Virus record (IMG/VR): IMGVR_UViG_2657244976_000004
Span: 11,675 to 75,674 of that record
Strand: one strand, 5' to 3'
Length of the DNA: 64,000 nucleotides
DNA from: a virus
Lineage: Duplodnaviria; Caudoviricetes
Of the stretch, positions 40,894 to 50,884 are shown piece after piece. A model generated the notes under the pieces. That model saw only the letters and a program-made list of their open reading frames with translations, did no database searches and was not told the DNA's origin. Numbering within the stretch: the first letter of the stretch is position 1; each line of letters opens with the position of its first letter. Position numbers and translations under genes: made by a program.

Positions 40894-41826
40894 TTAAAAT
40901 TTATTTTCAACATTGCCCATAGAATTTTGATTGCTTCTTGATCTTATATTTTCAATTACTTTCTTATAATAAGACTCACCACTATCATCAATTGATATTA
41001 TTTTCATCCCTACACTTTGAAGAAGTTCAAACTTTGGATTGTCGTTAGCGCTCTCACATTTTCTATGATAATAATATATATTATTCTTTACTATATTATC
41101 TGATATTCGCCTTGCTCTATATGTTAATAGCCACCAAAGGTCTGATTCAACAAAAGACAATCCTAAGCCGAAAATATATACATCTTGAGTGAAAAACAAT
41201 TCGACCCATGAATCAATACTTACTATTTCTTTCTTTAGCAATCGACTCACTAGAGACTTATACTTAATGCGATAAGCACCATCAGTACCATTTACGATAT
41301 AGTCTCTCATCTTTTGCATATAACCAACGTAATGCTCATATCCAAGTGTAATTGTATTCGGGAAAGACTGCACACCATGTATATGCCAGATATATGTTTT
41401 ACTTCCAGGAAGAAGGTTTCTCCTAAATAAGTTAAATTTTGTTTCTTTTATAACACCCGAATTAAAATCACCTAAAAACCCTTCATCTAATGATAACTCT
41501 AATGATAAATCATAATTTGTTGTTAGTATGTGAGACGCTCCAATATTGCATATTTCGGAGTGAATCTTACATGGCCTTATTGATTTAGAAAAATCTGCTA
41601 CAATGTTTTTCAATTCTACTTCTATAGCTGCTGCCACCTTACAATCGCAACCTTCATTTAAAGATGATAAGTATATTTCCTCATATTCCATAGGAAATGG
41701 TTTATTATCATCACTACGCACGTCCTTACTACACTTTTTTTTGAGAATTGATAATAAATCCTCCCATGTGCTGCCTGGAGTTACATTATTGACTCCATTT
41801 CCAACGAGTAAAGTGAACTTATTCAT
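40894..41826 (-). CDS. SIR2-like (SIR2_2/AbiH-like) domain protein
   Basis: LLVGNG, ILTTNYD, WHIHG, YIFGLGLS..E.DLWW. Confidence 0.78.
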   Translation of the reverse strand: MNKFTLLVGNGVNNVTPGSTWEDLLSILKKKCSKDVRSDDNKPFPMEYEEIYLSSLNEGCDCKVAAAIEVELKNIVADFSKSIRPCKIHSEICNIGASHILTTNYDLSLELSLDEGFLGDFNSGVIKETKFNLFRRNLLPGSKTYIWHIHGVQSFPNTITLGYEHYVGYMQKMRDYIVNGTDGAYRIKYKSLVSRLLKKEIVSIDSWVELFFTQDVYIFGLGLSFVESDLWWLLTYRARRISDNIVKNNIYYYHRKCESANDNPKFELLQSVGMKIISIDDSGESYYKKVIENIRSRSNQNSMGNVENKF

Positions 41827-42761
41827 TTGCTACACCCTAGTAACTTCTCTCTATGCCAAGCCAAGTATATTTTAGCTTTTTCATAAATGTTAATTTTCAC
41901 ATCAGTGGGTACATTAAGTGCATGGATAACTTCGTATATCTTCGGATCATTCTTAATAACAATACTCCCATCATCCGTGAAACTAATTAACCTATGATCA
42001 AACAATACATCTACATGTGGGGCTAACATTAGTCCATTATAAGGGTCCAATCGCTCCTCATCTGAACTATCCCGCCAAGGTTTAATATGACTAGCCCTAA
42101 GCAGCTCAGGCATAGATACACCTGTAACAGGACACTGAGGATAGAGGGCCAGCACATTTTGCCGGAATAAACCTTGCCCCACGCGAGCCTGAATCAATCG
42201 TTCTGCTGTCGTGGGATCTCCAAGTTTATGAGCCTTGATTTCAGCAATATCCTTTTCAATTTCTTGATAATCAGAAGTATCGTTTTGTTGTATTAAACTG
42301 ATTGATTGGCATAGCTTTAACAGTAAATGGCCTAGCTCAGGGCTGATTTTTGACAAGTACATCTCATTACCATTGCCATTAAGTGGTTTTATTGGCGAAT
42401 GCGTTTCAGGTAATAATGGAGCAATTTCCCCGAGATGTTCCTTTGGCGAGATAGGCGTATTTAACGTTGTAAACTCAACATCAACCTTCCACCCTTGGTT
42501 ATCCCAAAAGCTGTCAAACGCAGGAGGTTGAATGGCGTCATAGCACTTTGATTTAGCGACGCCGACAGCACCTATTTTAGTAAATGCATAGGAAAATATT
42601 ACGTCGCCAGGATTGACTAATTGCAGCGTATCGTAAGCTGGTCTTGGTTTTCCGTCTTTTGCTCGACTTGGAGCCCAGATAAATCCTTCTTTACGCGCAA
42701 TTTTGAATGTTTGTTTGTGATTTACCCAAAAGAATTGCTGCACTGTTGATTTATTGCTCAT
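41823..42761 (-). CDS. HNH endonuclease with N-terminal EVE/PUA-like domain
   Basis: FWVNHKQT, PGDVIFSYA; ARVGQGLFR, CPVTG, ASHIKPW, NGLMLAPHVDVLFD. Confidence 0.85.
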   Translation of the reverse strand: MSNKSTVQQFFWVNHKQTFKIARKEGFIWAPSRAKDGKPRPAYDTLQLVNPGDVIFSYAFTKIGAVGVAKSKCYDAIQPPAFDSFWDNQGWKVDVEFTTLNTPISPKEHLGEIAPLLPETHSPIKPLNGNGNEMYLSKISPELGHLLLKLCQSISLIQQNDTSDYQEIEKDIAEIKAHKLGDPTTAERLIQARVGQGLFRQNVLALYPQCPVTGVSMPELLRASHIKPWRDSSDEERLDPYNGLMLAPHVDVLFDHRLISFTDDGSIVIKNDPKIYEVIHALNVPTDVKINIYEKAKIYLAWHREKLLGCSK

Positions 42762-42984
42762 GATTATCTTACAAAAATTTTATTTGTAGACAAATTACAG
42801 CTCAACCCAGGCCTTATCAACTAATGTATCGAAATATTAATCGTCCGTGATTGAAGTCACAAAGTCATTAATTACATAGTGTTACTCTAATTTAAAATAT
42901 AATAACAATCTGCGATTAATTAGAATTGAAGTATGGGAATAAAACACTATTAAAACGTCCTAAACATCTATTTTTATAATTAAT

Positions 42985-43422
42985 TTAGGATAAGTAATAT
43001 TGAATCTGTGCTTGGGCAAGTTTAAATCCATAACAAACTTTAGCTGTATACCCCGCTATCGTTAGCCGAGATATCCACTCAGCCTGCTCTCCCATTAGTA
43101 CTCCTTTATCTGCCTTCATCTCAATCCACAATCCCGCATAACCACCGCGCGGCAGCGCCAGAAACAAATCCGGTACCCCCTTCCTCAACCCAAGCCGTTT
43201 AGCATCCCTTGCCGCCTTTGGCCCGCGCTTCCCCTCATTGGGTATATGGATCAGATAGTCCCCGATACAAATACCATCGATAACAGTTTTATCTGCCCAC
43301 GCAATAAGCGCGGCCTGTTCCTCGGTTTCCGCCTGGTGGTAAACTTTACGAACTTTCCCGTTACGCACTTCCAGCTTTGCTGCTGTTCCGATGATGCCAA
43401 TGGCATCTATGCTATTAAGCAA
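42985..43422 (-). CDS. VRR-NUC nuclease
   Basis: HIPNEGKR, GVPDLFL, LWIEMK. Confidence 0.85.
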   Translation of the reverse strand: MLNSIDAIGIIGTAAKLEVRNGKVRKVYHQAETEEQAALIAWADKTVIDGICIGDYLIHIPNEGKRGPKAARDAKRLGLRKGVPDLFLALPRGGYAGLWIEMKADKGVLMGEQAEWISRLTIAGYTAKVCYGFKLAQAQIQYYLS

Positions 43423-43744
43423 ACTGGCCCCCTTTAGCGGTTACCAGCGATTCCTCCAGCCAAATCCTAAGAGTTGCATGCAATGCCAATAATATCGTTT
43501 CCTCAAGCTCTCCGGGCTGCCATTCATATGGTACCCGCCCATCAATAACATCATGGCAGCAGTTGCACCCAAATACGGCCCAGTAGTCATCTGACTTATA
43601 CCCCATGCCGTGGGTTGAACTGGGCAAATGGCAAAGTACCGTTGTTTCTGGGTTACTGTTACAGATGCCGGGGATCTGTAGCGTGCAGCATTGGCCCCGC
43701 GCAGAATCGCGCAGGGCTTTACTTCTAAATGCCGGAGATTTCAT
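43415..43744 (-). CDS. DUF1364-like nin-region nuclease
   Basis: ARGQCCTLQIPGIC..ETTVLCH, C..CHD. Confidence 0.8.
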   Translation of the reverse strand: MKSPAFRSKALRDSARGQCCTLQIPGICNSNPETTVLCHLPSSTHGMGYKSDDYWAVFGCNCCHDVIDGRVPYEWQPGELEETILLALHATLRIWLEESLVTAKGGQFA

Positions 43745-43745
43745 A

Positions 43746-44393
43746 TCAATACTCCAGCAGCCGGTTAACTGCCTGTTCCATTTCATACTCGTTATCAAAG
43801 TGCTGACCTAATGTCTCATTCCAGATAACACCGGCCACGCCTTTATAAATACGGTCAAAAGCCCCCTGATCCATATTCACGAATGCGACACTCCAGCGCT
43901 GCTTCAATGTGCCACCCTCGGGGTTGGGCATCAGGTCATAGAATCCGGCCTTGATCATGACGTGGTTGAAGTAGGCAGCATCAGTCTTTACCGCCTCACC
44001 ATCAAACCTCTTCTGGCGCTGCCTGATTACCCTGTCTAATACCGCTTGAGCAATAGACCTGGTTACTTTTTCATAGAGTTCTGGATCTCCAGCGGCACTA
44101 CCTACAGCTTTAGCCACCTCATGGGCTATCCATTCCTCTGGCGCACTAACAAAGGTCCAATCCGGTACCCAATATGAGAAACCCAGCTCCAACAATTTCC
44201 AGAATTTACGGTGATGCTTCAGGTTGCGCCGGTCGCCAATTGGACTCATTGAGATTGGTGTGCCCGCAGGCACCCCTTTCATCGTTTCGCGATCATGATC
44301 AGTGGCGTACTTGATGCCACCACCAGGCAATAGGACGCCCAGCACCTCAGTCTTTTTCTTTCTCGTGGACTTAGTTCGCGATGCTGTTGTCAT
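43746..44393 (-). CDS. DUF1367/NinB-like protein
   Basis: RNLKHHRKFWKLL, AGFYD, SVAFVNMDQ..F. Confidence 0.75.
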   Translation of the reverse strand: MTTASRTKSTRKKKTEVLGVLLPGGGIKYATDHDRETMKGVPAGTPISMSPIGDRRNLKHHRKFWKLLELGFSYWVPDWTFVSAPEEWIAHEVAKAVGSAAGDPELYEKVTRSIAQAVLDRVIRQRQKRFDGEAVKTDAAYFNHVMIKAGFYDLMPNPEGGTLKQRWSVAFVNMDQGAFDRIYKGVAGVIWNETLGQHFDNEYEMEQAVNRLLEY

Positions 44394-45055
44394 ACGGCCC
44401 CCATTGAGGACAGCCGCTCAGCCTCTCTGCGGATCTGCGCTAAGAATGCCTCACCAGTAGCAAGTAATTGCTCACGGGTGATATAGCTAATCGCAGGACC
44501 ACGCCATTCCTTATCGAAAATTGCAATAGCCGCGCCAAATCCGGCATTACAGGCTACCTGAGTGCTATCTTCGGGACGGAACCATGCAGGTACTTCAAAA
44601 CCAATTCTGCCGCGAATGAAAGCAATATGGTCAGCTTCTTCAGGCCACCAAACCTCTGACGTTGCCGCTTTGGTCAAATAGACATATCGACCGCCGCGCT
44701 GTCGCATTTCAGAGGTATAAGCCATGATGTGTCGCATACCAGTGATGTATTGCCTTTCATGTTTTTTCGCCGTGCTGTAGGGAGGGTTAGCGAATGCGGC
44801 ACCATTCAACTCGATCAGTTTTGCGGCCCAGTCTTGAGTTAGCGCATTATCTTCCGCAGTGTAATAAGCAGGCGTTTTAGCATTATCACCATCACTGAAC
44901 AGATCCAGGACTAACGGGCCAAACATCGCATTGATACCCCAGAACAGAGCATCTGGCGTGCGCCACTGATCACCAATCAATTTCAACTTATGCGTTGGGG
45001 CGGATTTGAGAGCTGCCAGATCATGAACATATTGGGTATTGGAGAAATCAATCAT
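44390..45055 (-). CDS. Phage N6-adenine DNA methyltransferase (Dam family)
   Basis: DQWRTP, LDLF, DNALTQDW, NPPYS, RGRIGF. Confidence 0.88.
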   Translation of the reverse strand: MIDFSNTQYVHDLAALKSAPTHKLKLIGDQWRTPDALFWGINAMFGPLVLDLFSDGDNAKTPAYYTAEDNALTQDWAAKLIELNGAAFANPPYSTAKKHERQYITGMRHIMAYTSEMRQRGGRYVYLTKAATSEVWWPEEADHIAFIRGRIGFEVPAWFRPEDSTQVACNAGFGAAIAIFDKEWRGPAISYITREQLLATGEAFLAQIRREAERLSSMGAV

Positions 45056-45404
45056 GCAATGGCTCCCCATGACCAGAATTTGGAACCAGCCGATAAAACC
45101 AAACCCGCTTACCGCTATCCTCATTGCGGACAGTTCTGACCTGTTTTACTAACCCATGACGGACAGGATTAATTTCACGCAGGCGTGCGCTGATGGCGGT
45201 CTGGGTATCACCTTCACCGGGGAACATCTGTGATAATAACTTTTCGAGGTCGCGCAGAGTCCGCCAGTCAGCCCCACTGGCAGCGGCGATCACCCGATTT
45301 AACTGGCTATTGGCCTCGTTTAACCGACCCGCCAGACGCATCGACCTGATATCGTGGTTAATGCCATCCCTTTCGGCGTTGGGTACCTGTGGCTTAATCA
45401 CCAT
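45048..45404 (-). CDS. Hypothetical wHTH-like protein
   Basis: WRTLRDL..AISARLREI..WFYRL. Confidence 0.55.
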   Translation of the reverse strand: MVIKPQVPNAERDGINHDIRSMRLAGRLNEANSQLNRVIAAASGADWRTLRDLEKLLSQMFPGEGDTQTAISARLREINPVRHGLVKQVRTVRNEDSGKRVWFYRLVPNSGHGEPLHD

Positions 45405-46540
45405 TACGCCCCCTCCCCGACCAGCACTTGGCGGGTTCCGTCTGGCGTGGGTTGTGACACAATGCCTTCCGCCTGCATTCTTTCCAGCAGCCAGGCAGCA
45501 CGGTTATAACCAATGCGGAGTTCACGCTGTAGCCCAGAGATTGAAGCTTTACCTTTTGCCTTGATGAACACCACTGCTTCAGGGTAGCGATCATCATCGT
45601 CCCGTTCTGCACCGTCCAAGTCTACCCATGAACTACTGGTTGCCTCTCCGCCTAATGCGGTAACCAAATCCGCAATCAAGGCAGCTAATTCACCCGTCAT
45701 CAGAATGAAATCGGCATCAAATCGCTGGGCATAATCCTCGCGATCGATAGCGTCGTTTTGCTCCAGAAGCGTGGCACTGTATTTAACTCTCTTCAGGCTG
45801 CCATCGTCGGACAACATGAAACTGATACGTTCTCGCCACTCCAAAGCCAACTTGGTAACCAGTTTACCGGCGGCGATATGCCCACGGATCTCGTCACTGA
45901 CTAAATCCTGATGTTTACTGCGCAGAATGCCACCCTGTTCCAACACAGCCTTTAACTCAGCTTCTTCCTGAAGCACAAACCCAGCAGGCGCTGCACCTGA
46001 GCGCAACCATTCGGTCAGCGTCAGTTCGATTGGGGTATCAAGTGTCATAGGGATAACAGGCAGTGAACCCATGGTTTTGCGCAATAATGACAATGCATTT
46101 TCAGCTTTCCGCGCGCTAGCGGCATCGATGATGATTAACCCAGCCCCTGCGTTAATCCAGATGGATGTTGTAGAGTATTTGCTAAAGGCCCGTGGCAGCA
46201 GAGTCTGGATAACTTCATCTTTCAGCGAGTCTTTTTCTGTTTTTTTCAGTTTACGGTGTTGCTCTTGTTCCAAGCGTTCAGCTTTACTCGCCAGCTCACG
46301 GGCGATAACCGGCGCAGGTAAATCCTTTTTTTCACACTGCAATGTGATCAGGATTTGCTTGTTAGCCACATGCGCTAGCGTGGCGCTTTCGTTACCCATT
46401 GGCGATATCCAACCAGTTTTCGCCATATCCTGGCTACCACAGGGTGTAAATGCGAATTGCGCCATTTGCTCTTCCAGATTGGCGAAAGATACATCGCGGG
46501 ATAGTTTGTAAATCAACACGTTCTTGAAATTAATGCTCAT
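45404..46540 (-). CDS. rdgC: RdgC fused to C-terminal FtsK-gamma domain
   Basis: [30 protein letters not shown]; C-terminal [26 protein letters not shown]. Confidence 0.88.
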   Translation of the reverse strand: MSINFKNVLIYKLSRDVSFANLEEQMAQFAFTPCGSQDMAKTGWISPMGNESATLAHVANKQILITLQCEKKDLPAPVIARELASKAERLEQEQHRKLKKTEKDSLKDEVIQTLLPRAFSKYSTTSIWINAGAGLIIIDAASARKAENALSLLRKTMGSLPVIPMTLDTPIELTLTEWLRSGAAPAGFVLQEEAELKAVLEQGGILRSKHQDLVSDEIRGHIAAGKLVTKLALEWRERISFMLSDDGSLKRVKYSATLLEQNDAIDREDYAQRFDADFILMTGELAALIADLVTALGGEATSSSWVDLDGAERDDDDRYPEAVVFIKAKGKASISGLQRELRIGYNRAAWLLERMQAEGIVSQPTPDGTRQVLVGEGA

Positions 46541-46543
46541 TGG

Positions 46544-47323
46544 TCAGTCCTCAGTAATTTGATTATTATGCAAACCGTGGTCGGCGGCCTGCTGCAATGA
46601 CTCTCGGTGTTTACTGTCCAGAGACTCTTGTAACCTGATACTTTCATCGTGCCATCCTCTCGCCCTTTCCTCCTGATCCTGTTTAATTTTGTCTTTCAAC
46701 TCGTCTAAAAAATGACGGATTTTTGTTGGTACCCCATTACCCAACTTGCCCTTATCTGATAACAACAATTGATATTTCTCAGCTTTAGGTTTGGGCAAGA
46801 GTCCTGTTGTTACCGCCTGTTCAACCGCGCCTTTTACCGTTTCTTTGTCCCATCCCTCCGACACTGACCACTCCGGTGTTCGGCCTGTCCCCTGTGCTGC
46901 CTTAGTCAATCGCTCATAGGCCGCAATGAAAGCCATACGCGCACCTACCTTGTCGCCTTCCTGCATAATTGGCTGAGCAATATTCCATGCCTGGGCAATT
47001 TCATTCGTCCAGATCACAGTGTTAGCCTCATCTTGCGCAGGTAATGCCAATGCCCACGCCTCATTCGCTGAAAGCCAATCGGGCTTACCGGCAATATGTT
47101 GGATATTGCGGATAATATCGGCAGGCTTTGGCGAGAAACGGCCCTGATCCGGATCGGTCAGCCAGTTACTGAATGCCTGGCGCACTGTGTCGATATCGTA
47201 TGGCAGCAACGCATTCCAATAGAGTTCCAACACGGCTTTTGATGCATCTTTGCCGTATATCGCCAGAGTGGCTTTCATGATTTCTGCAAATTCACGTTTA
47301 TCATCTAAACCCTGCATACTCAC
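46544..47323 (-). CDS. Replication protein P-position protein (DUF6475-like)
   Basis: YWNAL..Y, FSPKPADII, ARMAFIAAY; follows O-like gene. Confidence 0.6.
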   Translation of the reverse strand: MSMQGLDDKREFAEIMKATLAIYGKDASKAVLELYWNALLPYDIDTVRQAFSNWLTDPDQGRFSPKPADIIRNIQHIAGKPDWLSANEAWALALPAQDEANTVIWTNEIAQAWNIAQPIMQEGDKVGARMAFIAAYERLTKAAQGTGRTPEWSVSEGWDKETVKGAVEQAVTTGLLPKPKAEKYQLLLSDKGKLGNGVPTKIRHFLDELKDKIKQDQEERARGWHDESIRLQESLDSKHRESLQQAADHGLHNNQITED

Positions 47324-48165
47324 CGCCCATTATTGACAAAATCATCCGCAACCCGCGCATTGTGCGCCTCCAGTGCTTCCTGACGACTCATGCCGGTGTT
47401 ACCAGCGCACTGATTTTGTGGCCGACTACGATTCAGTAACCATTCAAATTTCAACCCCTGCCAACCGGCGGCCATGGCTTCAGACAACGCATCATCCACA
47501 GACCATCCAGCAGCAACCGCTTTACTCAACTCCTTACCCAGCATGTTCACCACGGTCTGAGTCATTGGAGCTCGTTTTGCTTTTCGGTGTTTTAGGTAGT
47601 CATCCCAAATCTCAGAGCTAACAGCCATCGGAAAAGCGGAGAAGTCTATTGCCGAATTTTTAGCCGCCTTACGTGTGCGCTTCTCTGTAGTAATCTCTGT
47701 AGTAATCTCTGTATGATCGAAATGGGGAATCCCTTGCCCGCCAGTTAGGGAATCCCTTGCTGGCGGCTTGGGCTTTTCCTCGTTCGCCAATTGGGGTTTT
47801 CCCGTTTCCCGGAATGGGCTTTCCCCATTTGGGGATTTATCAATAGGTTGCGATAGCATTCCATCCAACCGGTCGGTATCAATCTGATAGTAAATACGGT
47901 GTTCTAACCGCTTATTTGTTTCTTTCAAAACTCCCGCTTGCTTGAGCTTTTTACGAGCTGTAAGTTGTTCCTCGTAGGTCAATCCTGTTTCAGATTCAAT
48001 CTCTTCCGTAGTTTTAAAAATGCCAAACTCTGAAGTTTCTTTGCCCGTCCAATAGAAGAACTGGCAGAACAAAATGACTGCGTTTACGCTCCCAAGATAT
48101 GGAACCAAGCCAGGGTAGTAAGCAATCGGCCGGCCAAATTGGTATATGAGTTCAGATGGCGTCAT
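47320..48165 (-). CDS. Replication initiator (O-like)
   Basis: N-terminal wHTH, internal iterons, W.DY..HRKAK..P.T..GWQG C-terminus. Confidence 0.75.
   Translation of the reverse strand: MTPSELIYQFGRPIAYYPGLVPYLGSVNAVILFCQFFYWTGKETSEFGIFKTTEEIESETGLTYEEQLTARKKLKQAGVLKETNKRLEHRIYYQIDTDRLDGMLSQPIDKSPNGESPFRETGKPQLANEEKPKPPARDSLTGGQGIPHFDHTEITTEITTEKRTRKAAKNSAIDFSAFPMAVSSEIWDDYLKHRKAKRAPMTQTVVNMLGKELSKAVAAGWSVDDALSEAMAAGWQGLKFEWLLNRSRPQNQCAGNTGMSRQEALEAHNARVADDFVNNGR
47723..47830. repeat. Replication origin iterons
   Basis: Five T(G/A)GG..CC units starting at 47723, 47746, 47769, 47792 and 47815 (23-bp period). Confidence 0.7.
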
Positions 48166-48173
48166 AGTTCCCC

Positions 48174-48353
48174 CTACGGCTGCTTTGCATCAGAGGGACT
48201 ATGTTGGCGGGAATAAAATGCCTGGGTAATACCAGACAAAGCCCCTGTGATAGCCATACGGCGGGCCTCCTGCCCGTCAATAGCCAGTTTTTTACCCACA
48301 ATACTGGCAATCAATTCTACCGATTGTGTGGTCGTTGGCGTGATGTTAGTCAT
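48174..48353 (-). CDS. 59-aa hypothetical protein
   Basis: AGGAG RBS; overlaps upstream stop. Confidence 0.5.
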   Translation of the reverse strand: MTNITPTTTQSVELIASIVGKKLAIDGQEARRMAITGALSGITQAFYSRQHSPSDAKQP

Positions 48354-48712
48354 TGGGATTTCTCCTGTCTGATGGGGAGTTCAGGCAGCCAGTCGGGTAC
48401 CGGCAGCCCGGCGAGTTTTAATTCGGCATGGACGTGAGCCAACATTTCAGGAGCTTCGGCGAACATCGCCAAAAAACCACGAATGGCAGCCACATTGGTT
48501 TCTACTGCGGGGTTTGACTCCAGCGCATTGGCGGTGCTTTTTATGGCCACTGCCTCGCTTTCGGTCCAACGAGTCTTAATCTGATCTTCACGCACGGTAT
48601 GGAACGGTAAACCGTTCTTTCCCACTTTTTTACGGGATAGCAACTCCCGCCGAACGTCAGAGGCTATCGTAGCCCCTGCCGTTATACCGGCAGGTTGGTA
48701 AATTGTGGTCAT
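48350..48712 (-). CDS. Hypothetical early protein (cII position)
   Basis: Carries the AGGACTGACCAATG RBS motif; location after cro. Confidence 0.6.
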   Translation of the reverse strand: MTTIYQPAGITAGATIASDVRRELLSRKKVGKNGLPFHTVREDQIKTRWTESEAVAIKSTANALESNPAVETNVAAIRGFLAMFAEAPEMLAHVHAELKLAGLPVPDWLPELPIRQEKSQ

Positions 48713-48797
48713 TGGTCAGTCCTTAAATATCTTGGGTGATTACATGCATGGACATAAACTGTTAATCGTTTCTTTTTTAGTCCGCCACGGAGGCGCA

Positions 48798-49103
48798 ATG
48801 TCCAGTGATAATTCCCTTAGTTACATTAGAGCCTTGGTCGATGTTGTCGCCATTACCGTGCTATCCGGTAGTGATGAACAACATAAGCTCCGCATCAAGC
48901 AAAGTCTGGATGCAATCATGAATCATCCGACACTGGAGGTTTCACCTGAGGGTCAGGAATTATTTGCTCACTTTGCTGCCCTTCTGGATGGTTCAAGCAC
49001 TGAGGTTTTCCTTTCAGCACGCATAAGCCAAGAAGATCCAGATCCTGAAAAGTCACACTCTTCCCCTCATCTGCGTTTATTGAGAGGGGGCAAAGAGGAG
49101 TAA
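48798..49103 (+). CDS. Hypothetical antisense-oriented protein
   Basis: GGAGG RBS before ATG at 48798. Confidence 0.5.
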   Translation: MSSDNSLSYIRALVDVVAITVLSGSDEQHKLRIKQSLDAIMNHPTLEVSPEGQELFAHFAALLDGSSTEVFLSARISQEDPDPEKSHSSPHLRLLRGGKEE

Positions 49104-49167
49104 CAGTTTTTTGTGTCTTACGTTTAGCTCTCCAGCTAGCGAGCCAACGCTTTAGGCTAATAGTCAT
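48916..49167 (-). CDS. Hypothetical early protein
   Basis: Carries the GAGGACTGACCAATG RBS motif. Confidence 0.45.
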   Translation of the reverse strand: MTISLKRWLASWRAKRKTQKTVTPLCPLSINADEGKSVTFQDLDLLGLCVLKGKPQCLNHPEGQQSEQIIPDPQVKPPVSDDS

Positions 49168-49184
49168 TGGTCAGTCCTCTATCT

Positions 49185-49454
49185 TTACTGATGAGCTGGT
49201 TTGGTCAGAACCAGGCTAAGATTTTCCGGATTACGGCCATAGTCGGCCGGGTTATAGGTGTATGGGATGTCGATAGACATATGGCAAAGCAAGGCAACTT
49301 TTTCAGGTAACCCACGCTTACGGTAGGTTTTGATCGCTTCATAGGAACACTCAAGGGCTTTCGCCGCCTGATACGGGCTACTGAAATGGTTGATCACCTG
49401 TTCCGCAGCCTTAATGCGCTCATCCAGCGAATTCGATTTAGTACCATTCATCAC
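49185..49454 (-). CDS. Cro-like repressor
   Basis: Short HTH protein divergent from cI. Confidence 0.7.
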   Translation of the reverse strand: MMNGTKSNSLDERIKAAEQVINHFSSPYQAAKALECSYEAIKTYRKRGLPEKVALLCHMSIDIPYTYNPADYGRNPENLSLVLTKPAHQ

Positions 49455-49477
49455 AGATTTTCACCTTAAGAACTGAG

Positions 49478-49560
49478 GGTAGAATTATACCCATAAAGGT
49501 GAATATATACCGAAACTATACCGAGCGCAAAGTTTACTAAAGTTGAGTTACTTTTATACC
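49478..49560 (-). promoter_or_regulatory. PR promoter and OR operators
   Basis: TTGCGC-17bp-TATATT (49530-49502); GGTA..TATACC-type operator sites. Confidence 0.6.
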
Positions 49561-49561
49561 T

Positions 49562-50233
49562 ATGAATACATATAGCACTTTTGGTGAGCGCCTATTGGCG
49601 AGACGTGAAGAACTCGGCATGACGCAGGAAGATCTTGCGGCAAAAGCCGGTATTACTCGCATGGCAATAAGCAAAATTGAGCTTGGGATGACGCAAAAGC
49701 CCCGAGCAGATAATCTATTTGCGTTAGCCAAAGCCTTGCAATTGAACCCCAATTGGTTGGTTTCAGGGAAAGGAGAAAAAGAAGCTAATAATCAAGCGAC
49801 GATCAAAATCGATAACGCTTCACCGATCGACGTACTCACCAGAGAGGTTCCATTGATTAGCTGGGTACAAGCTGGCGCATTCACAGAAGTTACTATGCTG
49901 CCGCGAGATGAGTATGTTTATTACCCCTGCCCTGTAATTTGCAGCCCGGAAAGTTTCGCTTTACGCATTGAAGGCGAATCAATGCTGCCGCGATTTGAGC
50001 CGGGCGATATTATTTATGTTGACCCAGAATTAAACGATCCTCCGAGTGGAAAATATGTGATTGCCCGAATGGAAGGTAGCGCAGAAGCGACATTTAAACA
50101 GTTACAAATACTTGATAATCAACGCTATCTTAAAGCTTTGAATCCAGACTACCCGGCTGATGCCAGATTTGTAAAAGTAAACGGTAATTGTGAGATTATC
50201 GGCACCGTGGTGTGCCATGTTAAACCGGTATAA
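49562..50233 (+). CDS. CI-like repressor (XRE HTH + S24 peptidase)
   Basis: MTQEDLAAKAG, VQAG cleavage site, GESM, ATFKQL. Confidence 0.93.
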   Translation: MNTYSTFGERLLARREELGMTQEDLAAKAGITRMAISKIELGMTQKPRADNLFALAKALQLNPNWLVSGKGEKEANNQATIKIDNASPIDVLTREVPLISWVQAGAFTEVTMLPRDEYVYYPCPVICSPESFALRIEGESMLPRFEPGDIIYVDPELNDPPSGKYVIARMEGSAEATFKQLQILDNQRYLKALNPDYPADARFVKVNGNCEIIGTVVCHVKPV

Positions 50234-50242
50234 GGATATAAA

Positions 50243-50608
50243 ATGATTGTTAATCATCCGATATCAAAAGACGATAAATCAGCTTGGTTGGCAAAGTTAG
50301 GCAGTGGGCAACTGGGTGTCGCTAAGACTTACCTCCATTTTCTTCTCGCTATGATTTTTATCTCTGCGGCTACTTTTTTTGCCGTGTTTGCTGACTGGAA
50401 TTTCTGGGTTATTGTGCTGGCGATGGTGATTTACGCAATCTACATATTCAATGTGGGCCGGGGCCTCTGGTGTGTATCTAAAATCATCAACAACAAAGCA
50501 CTTAGAATCTTGAACAAGTGTGTCTCTGTATTCTCCTATTTCTGTGGGATATCGGCTTTTATACGGGCAGCTAACCTCGTACTTTTGTATCTCCAACTTC
50601 AGTCATAA
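50243..50608 (+). CDS. Membrane protein co-transcribed with cI
   Basis: About 3 hydrophobic helices; terminator at about 50632-50655. Confidence 0.65.
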   Translation: MIVNHPISKDDKSAWLAKLGSGQLGVAKTYLHFLLAMIFISAATFFAVFADWNFWVIVLAMVIYAIYIFNVGRGLWCVSKIINNKALRILNKCVSVFSYFCGISAFIRAANLVLLYLQLQS

Positions 50609-50705
50609 TCCCCCACAATCCGAATCTACTCACCGGCATAGGCCGGTTTTTTTTGTCTTAAATTCAATTCAATACATTAAATACCGAAACTTATCGATCT
50701 TTTAG

Positions 50706-50766
50706 TTGCAAAAGTACCGGTATAGTTATACCTTTTAAGTATCCGCAAGGATACGCTCTTTAACAA
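50706..50766 (+). promoter_or_regulatory. PL promoter, operator and boxA
   Basis: TTGCAA-17bp-TACCTT; palindrome GGTATA-gt-TATACC; boxA CGCTCTTTAACAA at 50754-50766. Confidence 0.7.
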
Positions 50767-50884
50767 ACAGGTTAAGTGACATCAAACGGTCCGCGTGTAC
50801 CGGTCACGGCTCAGCTAAACCACGAATCACCCGTGTGCCTTCTAAGAGGGTACAGCGGTGATAGATATAACTGAGGACTGACCA

